Part shown: one piece after another, positions 1 to 13,600 of the stretch
How positions within the stretch are numbered: the first letter of the stretch is position 1
Layout: every line of letters starts with the position of its first letter
Assembly: GCA_000934665.2 (NCBI GenBank)
Contig: JYFJ02001113.1
Location: forward strand, 1 to 64,000
Origin: Catajapyx aquilonaris
Lineage: Eukaryota
Length of the DNA: 64,000 nucleotides
Reading direction: 5' to 3'
The notes under the pieces: model-generated
Seen by the model: only the letters and a program-made list of their open reading frames with translations
What the model was told of the DNA's origin: nothing
Databases searched by the model: none
Position numbers and translations under genes: made by a program

Positions 1-124
1 CATAATTGATCTGAATTCGGCGCCAAACTGGGCCAAGTGCATCCATTTTGATGCTGGATGGGGCCATCCAGCATCAAAATGGATGCACTTGGCCCAGTTT
101 GGCGCCGAATTCAGATCAATTATG
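1..124. repeat. Perfect inverted repeat (61-bp arms, 2-nt spacer) at window start
   Basis: 1-61 is the exact reverse complement of 64-124. Confidence 0.97.
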
Positions 125-3073
125 ATTCGGGGCGTGGGTGGTGTTTGAGGGGCCACAACTTTTGGTATTCATCTTAACCCTCGGGGGGCGCTGGAGGGAA
201 AATTATTTGCCAAAGTGTAACTTAATAATAGAAATATGCATCTAACTGCAATAAAAAAAATGTGGGTGGAAAGGTTAGGTTCCAAAGTTGCGTCATGTTT
301 AGGTCTTGGTTTTGCTCTTATCATCATTTGACCCAGTGTAGTTCATATACGAGGTGAGCAGTTCAAAGGTGATCGTCCGGAGTAACGAGATATGCATTTC
401 TGAATTTGCATAAATAATATTGCATTTTTATGAGCGGATCATTTTTAGAGCCGTGAATGACATGTTCTTTTTTTTCCATGACAGAGATTTGTTTACGGAG
501 TTGTGTACGCAGTTCTTATCGTGTTGTAGTGTCTTTAATGACCCGGGAGAGATCTGTTGTGCTGCATTTTAAAATATCATGCACTTAATATCATAGGGTA
601 GGAGCGTGCAAGGAACATCTGCGATAGTGTGGGCTGAAATAGGCTGTGTTTGCGCACCACTTCACTGTTCTTGATGTTTCTCGCAGGCATGTGCAGTATG
701 ACTGTATGGGGGTTATATGTTGGGGATATGCATAAGTATGTGTACGCACTTATTGCTGGCTGATTGTGAGATAAGGAACTACTTCAAGTTAGCGATAGTG
801 TAGCTTCATTTTCTGGTGGTGTAACAGGAAAAAATGGCGTGAGCTACGTGGTCAACGGTTATTAGCGTGCCCTAGGTCTGGGTAGCTGTGATAAGAGAGT
901 CATTGGCATATTTCTGAGGCGGATAAGCCTATTGTCTTACTGCAGTTACACGCGTAGGATTTCTACGACAGGAAATTTCAAGATTTTGCTACAATATTGT
1001 GGTATTCCGTATTCGCAAATATGAAGGAATGGCACAGCCCAGTGACTAGATATATACTGTAGAACGTCATCACTCTATCTCTCAAGGTAGTTCCGCCAAA
1101 CATAGTAATATTTAATAAGTTTGATGGGAGCTCGTACAGTAGAATAGTGGGTCTAGAGCAAGGGCGCACATTACACAGAAGGCGATATAAGCACGAAACT
1201 TTCAGCGACAGTCGATTAGCCGGACCTTGTAAAGGACGGGTATACAGGTAACATGTGCAATGTATTACTATTATTGTGCTCTAGACCTATGTGCTATATG
1301 GGCCTTCGCAACTTTGTGTACTGTGCTGCACGGCTGAGCAGGTGTCGAATCAATATTCATGCATGCACCTTCAGGGTGGTGTGCAGCTTGAGTGCAAGGA
1401 GTGCTTTAAGTCCACTACTACATCGTAGAACAGCGTGTGTACATTTATGTAGGGAAGTGTTTACACATAATAAAAATAAAAATAATTATGATAGCAGCCG
1501 CATGGGTATATGTCAGACTGAGAAGAGCCTACAAAAATAAGTAATCATATGAATTCAGAGGAAGTTCAGAAATATACGCGAACAATAAAAAGTCATTCCC
1601 AAATATTTACGCTAAGTGTTAATGAACCTCGTGTCGTGGTAAACAGCATTAAAAAGTGAGGCTCACAATAACTACGGGACACCACACGACACCACATTTA
1701 TTTTGAACCATGTCTCTGACGTTTGCAAGCGTTGCGGTGCTATAAAATCGGCGAAGGAATGTATACGTGGAATATGTGAGGAGATAATTTTTGTACGATT
1801 AAAAAAAAAAAGCTGACATTTGTTTGGTCGACCCGTTGAACTCTCGGTGTCTATAATGGTCACCATAAATCACTTTAGCGAGTTGATAGACTCTGCGAAA
1901 AAGAAAATGAAAGTACACCGTTCGGCAAGCGACTTGTTTGAGGCCTACACACGATACACGCTATAAAGGTCAATTCTGGTTTAATGACTGTCGTAAAGTT
2001 AGGTAGGATACACTAATCATGCGACTTGTAAGCGCGCCGTGTATCGCCTCAATTTTTCCCACGCCTTTTATCTGGTTCCTGCACATTCAAAAAATATATA
2101 TGCCTATACAGCACTTTACAGGAAGAAGACAGGTTTTCCATATCATAAACCATTGGGCAAGGCAGGAAGTGTGTTCATGAATATATCCCCCTCCCAGAAG
2201 CCCCCGACATGAACATTGCACACGATTAACCCCCTCCTCTTGTTTTTGTAATAGCGACCAGATATATTCTGCGCAACACGATATGTGTCAATAAACATTG
2301 TAGTTGCTTACGCACATTGCATTGATTACAAAAAAGGGGGGTCTCTCCAATGTTTTTTCAACCAGTTCATGGGGAGGTCTCAAATTAGCGTTATGATAGC
2401 ACCAGAGAGTGCGAAATGTAAATCTGGCTCTGTTGTGATCATTGCGCCCGGGCCGTGCAGTTGAGCGCACCGCAGGTGAGCATTACCAATCCTAATCACA
2501 CCGGGCAACCAGGGTTAGGCGTGTCGCACTGCATCACCAAAATTGTTTTCCTTTCGATGGGAGGACTGGGTGAATGGGGACAGCCTGCCGATCGGCTCAA
2601 AAGATGGCGCTGCATGCGAGAGAGTGTACAGGGGGATACCAAAAAAAAAAAACTGAAAGTACAGAGGGCATCAAAAAGATGGGGAGTGAGTTGTTGGTTC
2701 TTCCCTCCTTCCACCTCTTTTTGCACGCACGAGGACTTCCGTCTCCAGTCCCCCAGCAGCTAGCTCAAGCCAAGGCCGTCCTCTCTGGTTGTGTGACCTT
2801 CGTATAGGGGGAGGGGAAGAGAGAGTAAAATGGGGTGTGTGTGCTCAGGTGGGGTCAGGGGGCAGGTAAAAGGAAAAAAAGGGGGGGGGGGGATGGGGCA
2901 CTTTCCGCTCACCTGCGCTTCTGTGGCGCCAAATAGGAGCATTGGAGGTGGGATCGCGTCATTTTATGGTGACAGGGTGCTTTTAAGGGTATTTGCAAGT
3001 ATGTGAGATGGCGCCAATTGTACTTAGGTTATGGGTAATTATTAACGCAAAAGTGCCTGAACTATTTTTTGTG

Positions 3074-3889
3074 AAAATTTAAAAAATATATATTTTAATG
3101 AGCAAATGAATAATGACTAAAAATCTAACTGCACAAGGACGCTAGACATATCTGCATGGGTGGGAATGTGCAATTTTAGCAGAATTTAAACAAAATTAAG
3201 GCCAGGCAGCATTTTACCTGTTTTGAATGGCTCTTGTTAGGACACCCGGTAACGGTTTCACGTTTTGAAGTGTTCAAGTGCATGCGTCGGGTAACCGCAC
3301 TGTACATGCTATAAGTTCTGGTCCTATTTTGTGCCTGTTCTGATTTAGTGCCTGCGGAGTCGGGCGCCAAAAGAGATTCCATTGTTTTTTTGTGTGTGCT
3401 GTTGATTTGAAAGAGTCAATTATCATCATGGCATAGTCGAGCCAAACTAATTGAGACAACCTAATTCGGACATGATTTTTNTAAAATTTAAAAAATATAT
3501 ATTTTAATTAGCAAATGAATAATGACTAAAAATCTAACTGCACAAGGACGCTAGACATATCTGCATGGGTGGGAATGTGCAATTTTAGCAGAATTTAAAC
3601 AAAATTAAGGCCAGGCAGCATTTTACCTGTTTTGAATGGCTCTTGTTAGGACACCCGGTAACGGTTTCACGTTTTGAAGTGTTCAAGTGCATGCGTCGGG
3701 TAACCGCACTGTACATGCTATAAGTTCTGGTCCTATTTTGTGCCTGTTCTGATTTAGTGCCTGCGGAGTCGGGCGCCAAAAGAGATTCCATTGTTTTTTT
3801 GTGTGTGCTGTTGATTTGAAAGAGTCAATTATCATCATGGCATAGTCGAGCCAAACTAATTGAGACAACCTAATTCGGACATGATTTTT
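3074..3889. repeat. Direct tandem duplication with 409-bp period (3074-3480 / 3483-3889), separated by an N
   Basis: Two near-identical copies; I saw one substitution near the start. Identical ORFs are offset by 409 in the ORF track, and N at 3481 sits at the junction. Confidence 0.95.
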
Positions 3890-6800
3890 AGGATTATAGG
3901 ATTAATATAATGACAAGAGAGAAATTAGCCTGACAAACCCCGTCGCTTTCAGAGCTCAGTACACGTGATTCCGTTTTTATTGAAACTATCTATTGACTTG
4001 CACCATGTAACGTTTCATTTGCAAATAGAAGCAGAATTTTTGACATTAATTTTTGCCATATCACTGATTTGCACGGCTAATTAATGCGTATGGCAGCTGT
4101 AATTTTACTATAGTAGTATAAAAAATTCCATGCACTAATTGCGGATGCTGTGTTCGTGTAAAAAGTGGATATACCATCGACTTACGTTACAACCACGCTT
4201 CCAACATCATCCGGAATTAATTCGTCAATACGATATATGCAATCTGGGTTAGGTGTTAAGCAAGCTAATAAATTGCGTCCGAGCAGCCGAACCGCCAAAT
4301 TACGCCTATCAGGCACCTTGATGCGCCCACTGCCTCACCCATGCATTCCACAGAAATGTAATAATTTGCAGCGTCGTATTACGCTCGGCGGAGTATAAAG
4401 GAGCGGACGAATTGGGGCTGAAACGCTGTGGAAGAAGAAGAAGTGTTGGCAGAAGTGCAGGTTCGGAAGAGTTATCCCAAAAAAGGGTTTGTGGAGACGC
4501 GGGGTCCGCCCATCACTTTGTATGCCCCTCACGTCTTTCCTTTGCCGCCGCTTTTCCCTCCGCCGCAAGACCGCCTTTTCTCCTTTCCCGCCATCCGCAA
4601 TTTTTCCGAGACCCTCCTATAAGATGAAGAAGTTTTTTAAAAAAAAGGCGGACCAAGAATTACGCCCATGGAGTTCAATTAATTTGCTGTCGGAAAAAGC
4701 ACGATCGTCGTTCGATGTGACTTTGCTAAAAACACATGTGGGAAGAAGGGGGTGGTAATTACACTTATATAACCAGGTTGCGCATCCATCATGCGTGTTT
4801 TCGCTGAATCCTGGGAAGTTGGCAAAGGTCAAGGATGGCCAAGGTAGCCGAGGACTGTAATGAATTGTGGCGCTGAGGGCAGGAACATGAATATATTTTT
4901 TTAAGGAGCTAGGAATTAATAGTGGGGGAGAGAGAGAGAGATAAGAGCGTGTCGGTGGAATAAGGTTAGCATGCGTAAGGAGAAAGAATTGAAAGTGTAG
5001 ACACGATGAGCAAGGCGATAAAGCCAGGTTGGTGTTATCTGATGCTGCATGCTAGAGGCGGAAATGTGCGAGTCCAGTCGCCAACTCAAGATGTTTCCCA
5101 AAGTTGGGAAATGGTCTTGGAAAATGGGACTAGCACCAAGGATGAACGGGCCTTGCCGTGTACAATAGAAAGACTATTCTAGCTCGCTGCGAATTTGTTG
5201 TGTGATAAGTGGAACCCAGACCTCAAAAGTGAAAAAAAATACAATGCAATTATTCAAAGTAGGTGAACCCAATATGTGGGAGCCGTGACAGATTCGGCAG
5301 CTTTATGCAGATGGGTGTTATATATAAGTAACCCTACTAAAATGTTCAAACCCCATGACATGGTGAAATGCCAGAATAGAAGAGTAAGTAAAATGTTAAT
5401 TCTAGGTGGAATTTCAGGTAGTGGGCCTCAATCGAGTTTGAAGGCTGGGTAGAATGAGTGGTCAAGGATGAATGTACCGTAAGTTGCAAAAAGTATTTAC
5501 AGAAGGAAAACAACAGCGTAATGTCCCGTGACAACCCGTGAAATTCCGCCCTTTCCAGATATTTTTCCCAGATTCCAGATCCAGATCTCACGATGCCCAG
5601 GAACTCTGTTGGTATGAATCATTACTAATCACCCTGTACATATCAATGATCTAATGTTTCATACGTACTTGAACTTGAACTGGTAACGTGGACACTGGAC
5701 CACTCCTTAAGTATTTTCAAGTGCTCATTTTAATAATTTCAAAAACAACTGTGTCAGTTTCTGTTGGGAAGTAAACCTGATCTACCAATAGCAGTATGAA
5801 TTTGCTGATTCACCCTGTGCCTCCGGTTACATCCACCCAAATGCCTCTTGTCTGCCGGCCGTGGTCAGATAGCATTCGAGCCTCAACTTTTGCCCGACTT
5901 CTCCCTATTGATGCGACAAGTGAGTAGCTAAAAATGCAGAATAATTTCAGCGGAAACTGCCGGATAACCAGTGTTTATGCGATTTATGCAACCGCCATAG
6001 TAGCGTGTGCAAGGGGTCTTGCCCGCATGCAAAATTGTTTAATGCCATAACATGCATGTTATTTTGAGAACCGTCGGTCAGCCAGGAGGTTCGAATGACG
6101 CAATTTTTTTAAATGGTCAGCCCTAGCGGTCAGTGTCCATTGATATGTTCTCAGGAGTCTTGGCGCCAGGTGAGAAAGATTGACCTTGCAGAAATGAGGG
6201 TCTCTTTCATTTTCTCTCGAAAAAGGACGGGCTCCCTGAGAAACCCGCAGCAGCACCTTGGGTAGCATGAGCAGCTCTGGTTTATTACGCATTATTATGA
6301 ACATGTGCACGGAAAGATGTAATCAAGCAAACTTGAAGCACCGAAGGGGAAGGGAGGCGACTAATGAAGACTTTGCCTGCAACCGTGAACGCGAACAGGG
6401 AGCAATTTCTGGCCCAAAAACTGAAGAAAAAGATTGTTGCCCTCGTTTTTTTTTTTGTTTGTAAAAAAATATATATATAAAGTAGCCGCCAAAAAATTTG
6501 GGGTGGTGTTTGGCTGCAAAAAGCGGGTACGAATCGGGGTATTAAATGGGCAAGTTTTCCTGCCTGGTCTCCTTTAAAAGCTGAAAAGCAAACCACTTTG
6601 TGATGAGGGAGAGAGAAAAGAGGGGAGGTTGGGGAGAGGAGGAGGAGTGAAGACTCTACCACCTGTTGCTCTGCTGCCTCACTTCATTTGCATACTTTAT
6701 TGATTCTCAGCTCCGAATGGTATGACTTAATCATTTGACGTAACTTTGGGCCGCTTGGGGACTCTGCCATGTGACAACAATCGATCTGATGTGGCGGCGT

Positions 6801-9800
6801 CTTTTGAACCTAGGATCGGAATTCGGCGGCATATCGGACCCAACTGGACAGTATTGAGCATTGTTTAGAGGCGTGTGTGTGAATTTTTGTGACACCCGTT
6901 TGACGGAGGCGGTGCGGTGTCGGTGATGGGCGGTAGGCACGTGAAGGCCACGGTGGCACATTGCTGCAAGAAATTACGTATGACTGGCTGATTTGATCAG
7001 TCGTCACGTGCCGTTTGACGGTGTTGCTCATTAATGATGAACAGGCATGTTAATACCGGACCTAGTGCACTTGGCGGCAATATTGACTTATCAAAGAGCT
7101 TGACAGTGTCAGGGGCGCCCCAGGGCGACTCGAGTTTGTGACAAAAATCTGTCAGCGTCGTCTCGCAGAATTTTTTGTGCGCGTTCCGTAACTCTTTGAG
7201 GGAGTTGAACGTGTGGAGAACGCAATGTTTTCTGGACCTTTGTTGACAGTTTGGGGTCCGACCGATCGATGACGTGGCGGCGCCGTAAAGGCTGGTCTGG
7301 TTGCAGCTATGATGCCTATGTATGCTATTGGCTCCGGATCCTCAAGGGCACCTATGACCCCCCTGCTCTGTCCAATACCTGGGTCACTCGTGTAGCTCCT
7401 ACCTAAATGCAAGGATCGATCTGACATAGGCCCATTTTAGTCATGCTGTCTTGCACGTGTGACCGGCAACCTGCTTTCACTTGCATAATAGCAACCTTGA
7501 GATATTGAGCCTACAGGCACTCCATGTCCCGGAAGAAAATAGGTCTTTATCGGACTTTTGCATTAATTAGTGTGCGGGGAAATAATTGCGAGGAAAATCC
7601 TGCAGTGAGTGGAATGAACATTGGCCAAACCCCAACCTTTCTCCCCCACCTTTGAAATGCCCCGCCACATTATTTTCATAGAAAATAAATGCACGGTCCA
7701 GTTCACATTTGTCTACTTTTTTCGCTGCATAAATTATGGAGATGAGTGGGGTGGGGGGACTTTTGGGAGGGTGTGTGTGTAGGGGGGAAAAGGCTTGGTA
7801 TTGATGAGTACCGGAGGTACTGAGGAAGAATCCCGTTTTTTTGAATTTGTCGGCTGCGGGGGATAAATTTTGTATCGTGACCCTGTGGCAAGGTTTCCCA
7901 TGTTGGTGCGGGTGCATCGATTTTCATTTGTCGGCTATAAGGAATAAATGCGGTTGGACGAAGCCGGCGGGGTTTGGGTAGAAATATCGTGACATTAGGG
8001 AAAAGCAAGGCGGGCCAGGTAGATTGACACGGGCAGTGATGCCGAGAGTACAGGCATTACTGGCAATCAAGGCATGATGTTGACAGTTGGTGTAGTGCTA
8101 ACTGTTGAGAAATTGCCTGCAATGGTTTCAAAAACAGCTTTCAAAATATGCATCAGATGCTGATATTACTGATGTGCGGAATGCATTTTTCACTATATTT
8201 ATTGGGGGAGGCTTGTTGCCTGTAATGCAAGCAAGCATCGTTTGCTGCAGTTAATATCTGCATCTACCTGCAGTTATTTTTCCAGCCGGGTAGTCATCTA
8301 GGTAGTCATCGTATATGCCTTAAATTGAAAACATTCAGGTAACTTGGCAAACATTTTTGAGTAACCGTGCAGCGGAAGATAAATTTAACCTGTAGCGCAT
8401 ACATTTATACAGATTAAGTGCGCTTCGAAAATGTGTACATAGCAATACACGGGACCAGGCCAACCGTATGTGTAATATTGCTGATGTGATGGGAACAAAG
8501 AAAACTGTACTGTACGTCTAGTGCATTGCTGGCTGACAAGGCTGCAGACTCCAGACAGACGATCTCAGGTTATATGGTGGACTAATGGAATCAGACTGCT
8601 GCTTATCAAGGAAACTCTGAAATAATTAAAACAATCAAGACTGGGATAAGGCAAGTTACGCAATTTCTAAGCTTTCTGAAGACAAATTGCAAGGCATTGA
8701 CTTGGCAAAAGTTCCAACCTGTATGTGGCTGTTTTGTTATGTACAAGTTCTATACCCATTCATAAGTTTTATCATGGCGACTGATGGGCCAGAAAAAGCA
8801 TCAACAAAGACCTGCCGTAACTGACAAACTGTTTCACCTTGCAACGCCTTGTAGGTAAACAGAATGTAAATGCTGCAAGTTTTGGCGCATGTTCCAGTGA
8901 GCATATGCCAAATGGAATTAAGTTGTGTAATATTTTGTCTGAGGTTGTAATCTCCTGCGAAAGCGTTAAGAGACATCGCAGATCAACAAGAAAAAGCGAG
9001 ATAAGTATCTGATGATAGTGGATTATTGATCCTATTTAGTCGTAATTTCCAAACGTGAATGTTCGAAACAGACTTACATAATTTTATTGCAACTTGGAAT
9101 AATCTCCAGGGTTTTTATGACGTCGCACTGGCATTGTTTGATCCTAGATCAAAAGCGACAGTTTCTAAATGTTAGTGTACAGAACCTCGGGGAAGAATCA
9201 TCACATCCAAGAAAGTAGCAAAAGTACGAAAAAAAAAAAAATTGCCGAACTTTTCGGCTAGGGTGCTTGAAAATATTCTAAGACAAAATTACCTTGGTTG
9301 ATTTTGGCACTTTTTTGAACGAAAGTAATGGGTTGATAAGGTTCAAATGGTTATCATCGGGCTGGTTATGCCAACCCCAACCCTTTGTAATGTGGGTCGC
9401 CTGATGAGCAGGATGACCCCCAATATGCCTGTGTAATCTTACCATCACGTTAACTTCGCAATGGACTCGAAGTCGTCAAAATCTCGCCTTAGTATACCGG
9501 TATGTCAAAGAAATCAAGGTCCAAGAATACGTACGTACCTTTCTTACCACCTTGAGCTGCCAAAAAAAGTTCTGGCCACACGTATCGTACCTTGTGCCGA
9601 TGGTTGCATATAGCCAGGAGACTTTTTTTGAGAGATGGTACTAGGTTGCACTGTACCAAAGACTCGCAATTTGCAAACGATCCCTTCCCATATGAAAAAT
9701 TCCTGGTTTCTACTCGCAGGTACCTCCCGATACACGACGCCTCACCCCCTCCTCCGACATATTTAGGCGCATGTTCCGACGAGGCATATGCAAATCGGGA

Positions 9801-10067
9801 TTACGCAAGGTCGGCAAGCGGGCAAATTGCGGGTGGGCAAAAGGACAGTAGGTGTGTGGACAGACGAAGCGGTCGGGGCACCATCATTCCCCTAGAGAGG
9901 TCACGGTTGAAGGGCAGGGTTGGTTGGTGATGCAGGCTGCACAGTAGTATATAGTAAAAAGAAGTGTAGTAGTGTTTGGAGCTGGCGGGTGAGGCAGCCT
10001 GCAAAGCAAAGGGAGAGAGAGAGCAGGGCAGGGCCGTGGTTGGTGGCTTTGGTCGGCGGTTGGTTGG

Positions 10068-10110
10068 CTGACTCAGTGAGTCAGTCGGGCCGGGCGCCGG
10101 CCAGGAAGTG
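10068..10110. promoter_or_regulatory. Paired AP-1-type sites (CTGACTCA-G-TGAGTCAG), Inr-like TCAGTC and ETS-like CAGGAAGTG: candidate main promoter region
   Basis: 17-bp palindrome containing TGACTCA and TGAGTCA, in a GC-rich stretch with a GAGA run, ~440 bp upstream of the ATG at 10523. Confidence 0.4.
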
Positions 10111-10522
10111 GCAGCAGAAAGCACTGCTCACCCCTGCACACTGTACCCATGTGCGACCATGTGTTTTGGCGGGGATCAGGTTCCCAGGTGTCGGTCATGC
10201 CGGTAAGGAAGTGAAGGGGGCATACGGCCAAATTCCCGGTCCCCCAATTATTTTGTATAAATATTTGGGGTTGGGATTTGGTCCCAATTTGGGTGGTAAT
10301 GGAGTGAAATTTCCGATGTGCAGCACATGTGAGGAGTCTCCGCCGATTTTGAAGATTTAAGGCAATCCGAGTGGAAAATTGAAGCGGCCTCCACCCCGCC
10401 GACTTGTGCTCTGGAAAAGCAACGCGCGCAGGGGAGCCCGCTAAATATAAACAAAGGTGGAGGAGGCGGTGCCCGGAACTGGGCTTCGATGTGTGCCAAA
10501 TTTTTCTTTGACTGAGTTAAAG

Positions 10523-10600
10523 ATGCACTTCTCGCCCGTGGGAGGGGCTCCCCCGAGCTTCCCCGTACCCAGGAACCTCTTGTTCTCCAATCATGACGAG
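10523..10600 (+). CDS. rn: rotund-like zinc-finger TF, coding exon 1 (MHFSPVGGAPPSFPVPRNLLFSNHDE)
   Basis: ATG at 10523 (aaagATGc) opens 26 codons ending at a strong donor GAG|GTAAGA (phase 0), compatible with the phase-0 acceptor at 17115. The peptide resembles the N-terminus I recall from insect Rotund proteins (not database-verified). Too short for the ORF track. Confidence 0.7.
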
Positions 10601-13600
10601 GTAAGATGATCGTCGCAGATTGATTTTTAGAGGTGTCCGGCCGATTGATGGGCCACCGGATGATTGCGTGTGGTCATTGTATACACACCGGGTGGTCCAA
10701 GGACTTTGGCCTGGACACTGACATCTTGCTTACACATACACACGTACAGTAGCTGGCCAGGACAGTATTTTTAGGGCCTCGTGTGCAGTAGTAATACAAG
10801 TGCAAGTGCAGAGAGAGAGGTGGTGGCATGCCAAACGTTTCGTGTGGAATACGGCATGATTTTTCCTATACAAATTAGGCCGTTGTCGTATAATGCGTGC
10901 CTTGGGCTTCCATGCGGTGCTGGCATTCATATAGTATACTCCAGTGCAGGTATAATAATCTTGTCAGGCCATAGATTTGCGTTCGGGTGTAACATATTGG
11001 GCTTAATAAAAATTGGGATATTTTAATAAAAATGTATAGGGGTTGGCCAGTTTTCCGGGACATTTGAAATAGTTTGGCGAACTGCGTTCGGTGCGTAATT
11101 TGGAATTCACTTGCATAGAGGCGAACTCTGGAACGGAAATATGTGTTTTTGTAGATTTTCAGTGCGTTTTTAGAAACCACAATGTTGCATAATTGTTTCA
11201 TGTGGCTATGGTCGTGACAGTCCTTTTTTTCCGGGAGCAACAGGTAAAAATTTATTCCTATCCTCGGTTGAATTCTAAAGCATAGGAACACTCGCATATA
11301 CGCCATACAGTATGGTGGGTGCACATTTTTATTTATTTTTCTCTTTTATACAAGTATACATAGAGAGAGGGCATATACCACGGGAAATCACAATGCCTAT
11401 CTTTGGCAGAGGAAAAATTCATTTCTGGCCAGGACAGTCGGCTCATTATACCCTGTCTGGTTTTTATACAGAAAACATAGTTTTAGAAGTTTAAAAAAAA
11501 AAACTTCCCAGATTGAATGGAATTGCCTCAGCGACACTCTTTTACAACCCTGTATTTTACAGCCCTTTGTAATTTGATTTATTAAACATGTGTAGCTGCA
11601 TGGGGCAACCAAATCTGTACTCCCCACCTTTCCCCACCTTCCCCCCCATCCAACCAATCGACGCACTTAACTGGTTGGCAGCCTCGTAACCAAAACCTTA
11701 TTGTTCGAGAGGTGTGATTACCGCAGGTACTTAACCAGGGGAAGACACTTCCGAGTGGAAACTCGTGACGGGGGCGAAAATTTCGCAGCCGAATTCACAG
11801 ATCTCGTGTAGTTTTTATGGCTAGCAGGGGTCTGGCCCGGCTTTAAAAAAATGTCGTTATGAAAGGGTTTTAAAAGTGCGTAACGATAATAATGATTGGA
11901 GATGTTGTAGAGAGAGGGAAGGAGTAAGTATCCGTGAGGAGCATTTTGGAAGAGTGGGGAAGACAATAGGGCGGCGTCTTCTTTTGTAAGGGCCCCCCGT
12001 GTGAACGGAGCCCCTGGGTTAGAGGAGGACAATTAAAGCAAGTTGGTGAAAAGGAAAAAGGAGGCTGAAAAAAGGTAGAGGGGTGTAGAGCTGGGGGTAT
12101 GTCGATGGGGAGGGGACCGGGTGGCCAGGGGATGCTTGGATGGTTGGCAAGTCTTGTGATTGCTGGACTGTCCGGACCAGAGGATTGCCTCACATTCACA
12201 TGCAAACTCCATGCTGATGGCCCCTGGACCTGCTTTAATTCTTTGTGGAGGCCCAGGCTAATTTTTTTTCAACGTCCCTGCCCTACCCACCGTGGACCTT
12301 TTTTTTTCGGTTGGTGGTGGGGGTGCCAGAGCAGCTCCTGTGGGAACACTCATGAAAAGAGTTTCAATTAACTGCTGGGCTTGTGTTTATTCCAAATCAA
12401 ACCCATCACGCTATTTGTATAAGGATCATGCTCGGTAAGGTTAGGTGGCGTGTTGGAATGGAGAGGGGGGGATTGTGCGGAATTTTTGGTAGGTCCAGCA
12501 CCAAATTTTAATGTAAAGAAATAGCTGGGCCACGACGCAACCTATAAAAAAAAGTAGTCGTGTGAACTGATGATTGTTGGCTGTGTGGGAACCTACAAAT
12601 TGCGTAGTTGGAATTGAAATAACGAAGAAAATGCTGCTAACGGTTTACTAAATATCGATGTTGATTTTGCAGAAATGTGAGGTTGACTTAGCAGTGCTAT
12701 TGTTAACATTTTTATTCATTCAGTGATGTTGATTATTTTTCTGCCGCTGCAGCAAAGCATATGGCATGTTTTATTGCCTTCACATCCAAGAAACAACTTA
12801 TGCTCGTCGATCTGTGGTATTCGTGTTATTCCAGTGAAGTAGGGGACGCGTGGCAACCAGCAGTCGACCAATGTTGGCTCGCTTTTACGCTGTAAAATTA
12901 GCGTATGCTGGACATGAATTTTTGTCATAATTATGCTGACGTTGCATAACTGCCGAGGGGAAGGGTAGTCATCGAAAAAGTGAGCACCTGTGTTAACCTT
13001 AGGACTCCTATATCATGTAATGGGAACGCATGAGTATTCCTAGATCACTCCGGACCGCGAAGGAGTTATACGTATACAGGGTATATGCGATTGATAGATA
13101 AGTACCTCGCATTTATTTTTGCTGCCATGTTTCAAAAGTGACTTGAAAAATAGTTAATGAATTTGATGTGATCATTACGTTCAAGAATGCTGTTCGGAAT
13201 GGTGCAGGAGGACAACTGGTATCAGAATTTTTCATCCCCCTGAGCAGACGGAGAGGGTTTTTTCAGAGCGTAGAATGTTAATGTTAAGAAAATATATTGC
13301 TAAAATTGCTTTTAAATGGAAAAGGTACAAAAGTATCACGGAATAGTTGGTTTTCGGAATACCTGCCATTTGATATGTTTTAAAAATATTATCGGCCAAG
13401 CCAGCGAGGTATTTTTAAAAAAAAAATCCAATAGCAAAAACCAAATCTACATATATGATATTTTCAGTTTGCAATTATGTGCTTGTCTTCGTGTAAAAGC
13501 GTACCATTTTTATATTTGTACGAATCCAGCCACATGTAGGAAAAATCATGGCCGATACCTCCAATTAATTCTCAACCTTGGGGCTATCCGGTATGAGTCC

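Noticed and set aside
3074..3889. 409-bp tandem duplication as a biological repeat, with duplicated 68-aa and 61-aa ORFs
   Set aside because: The copies are near-identical and joined exactly at an N, typical of unmerged overlapping contig ends. The ORFs have no protein-like features.
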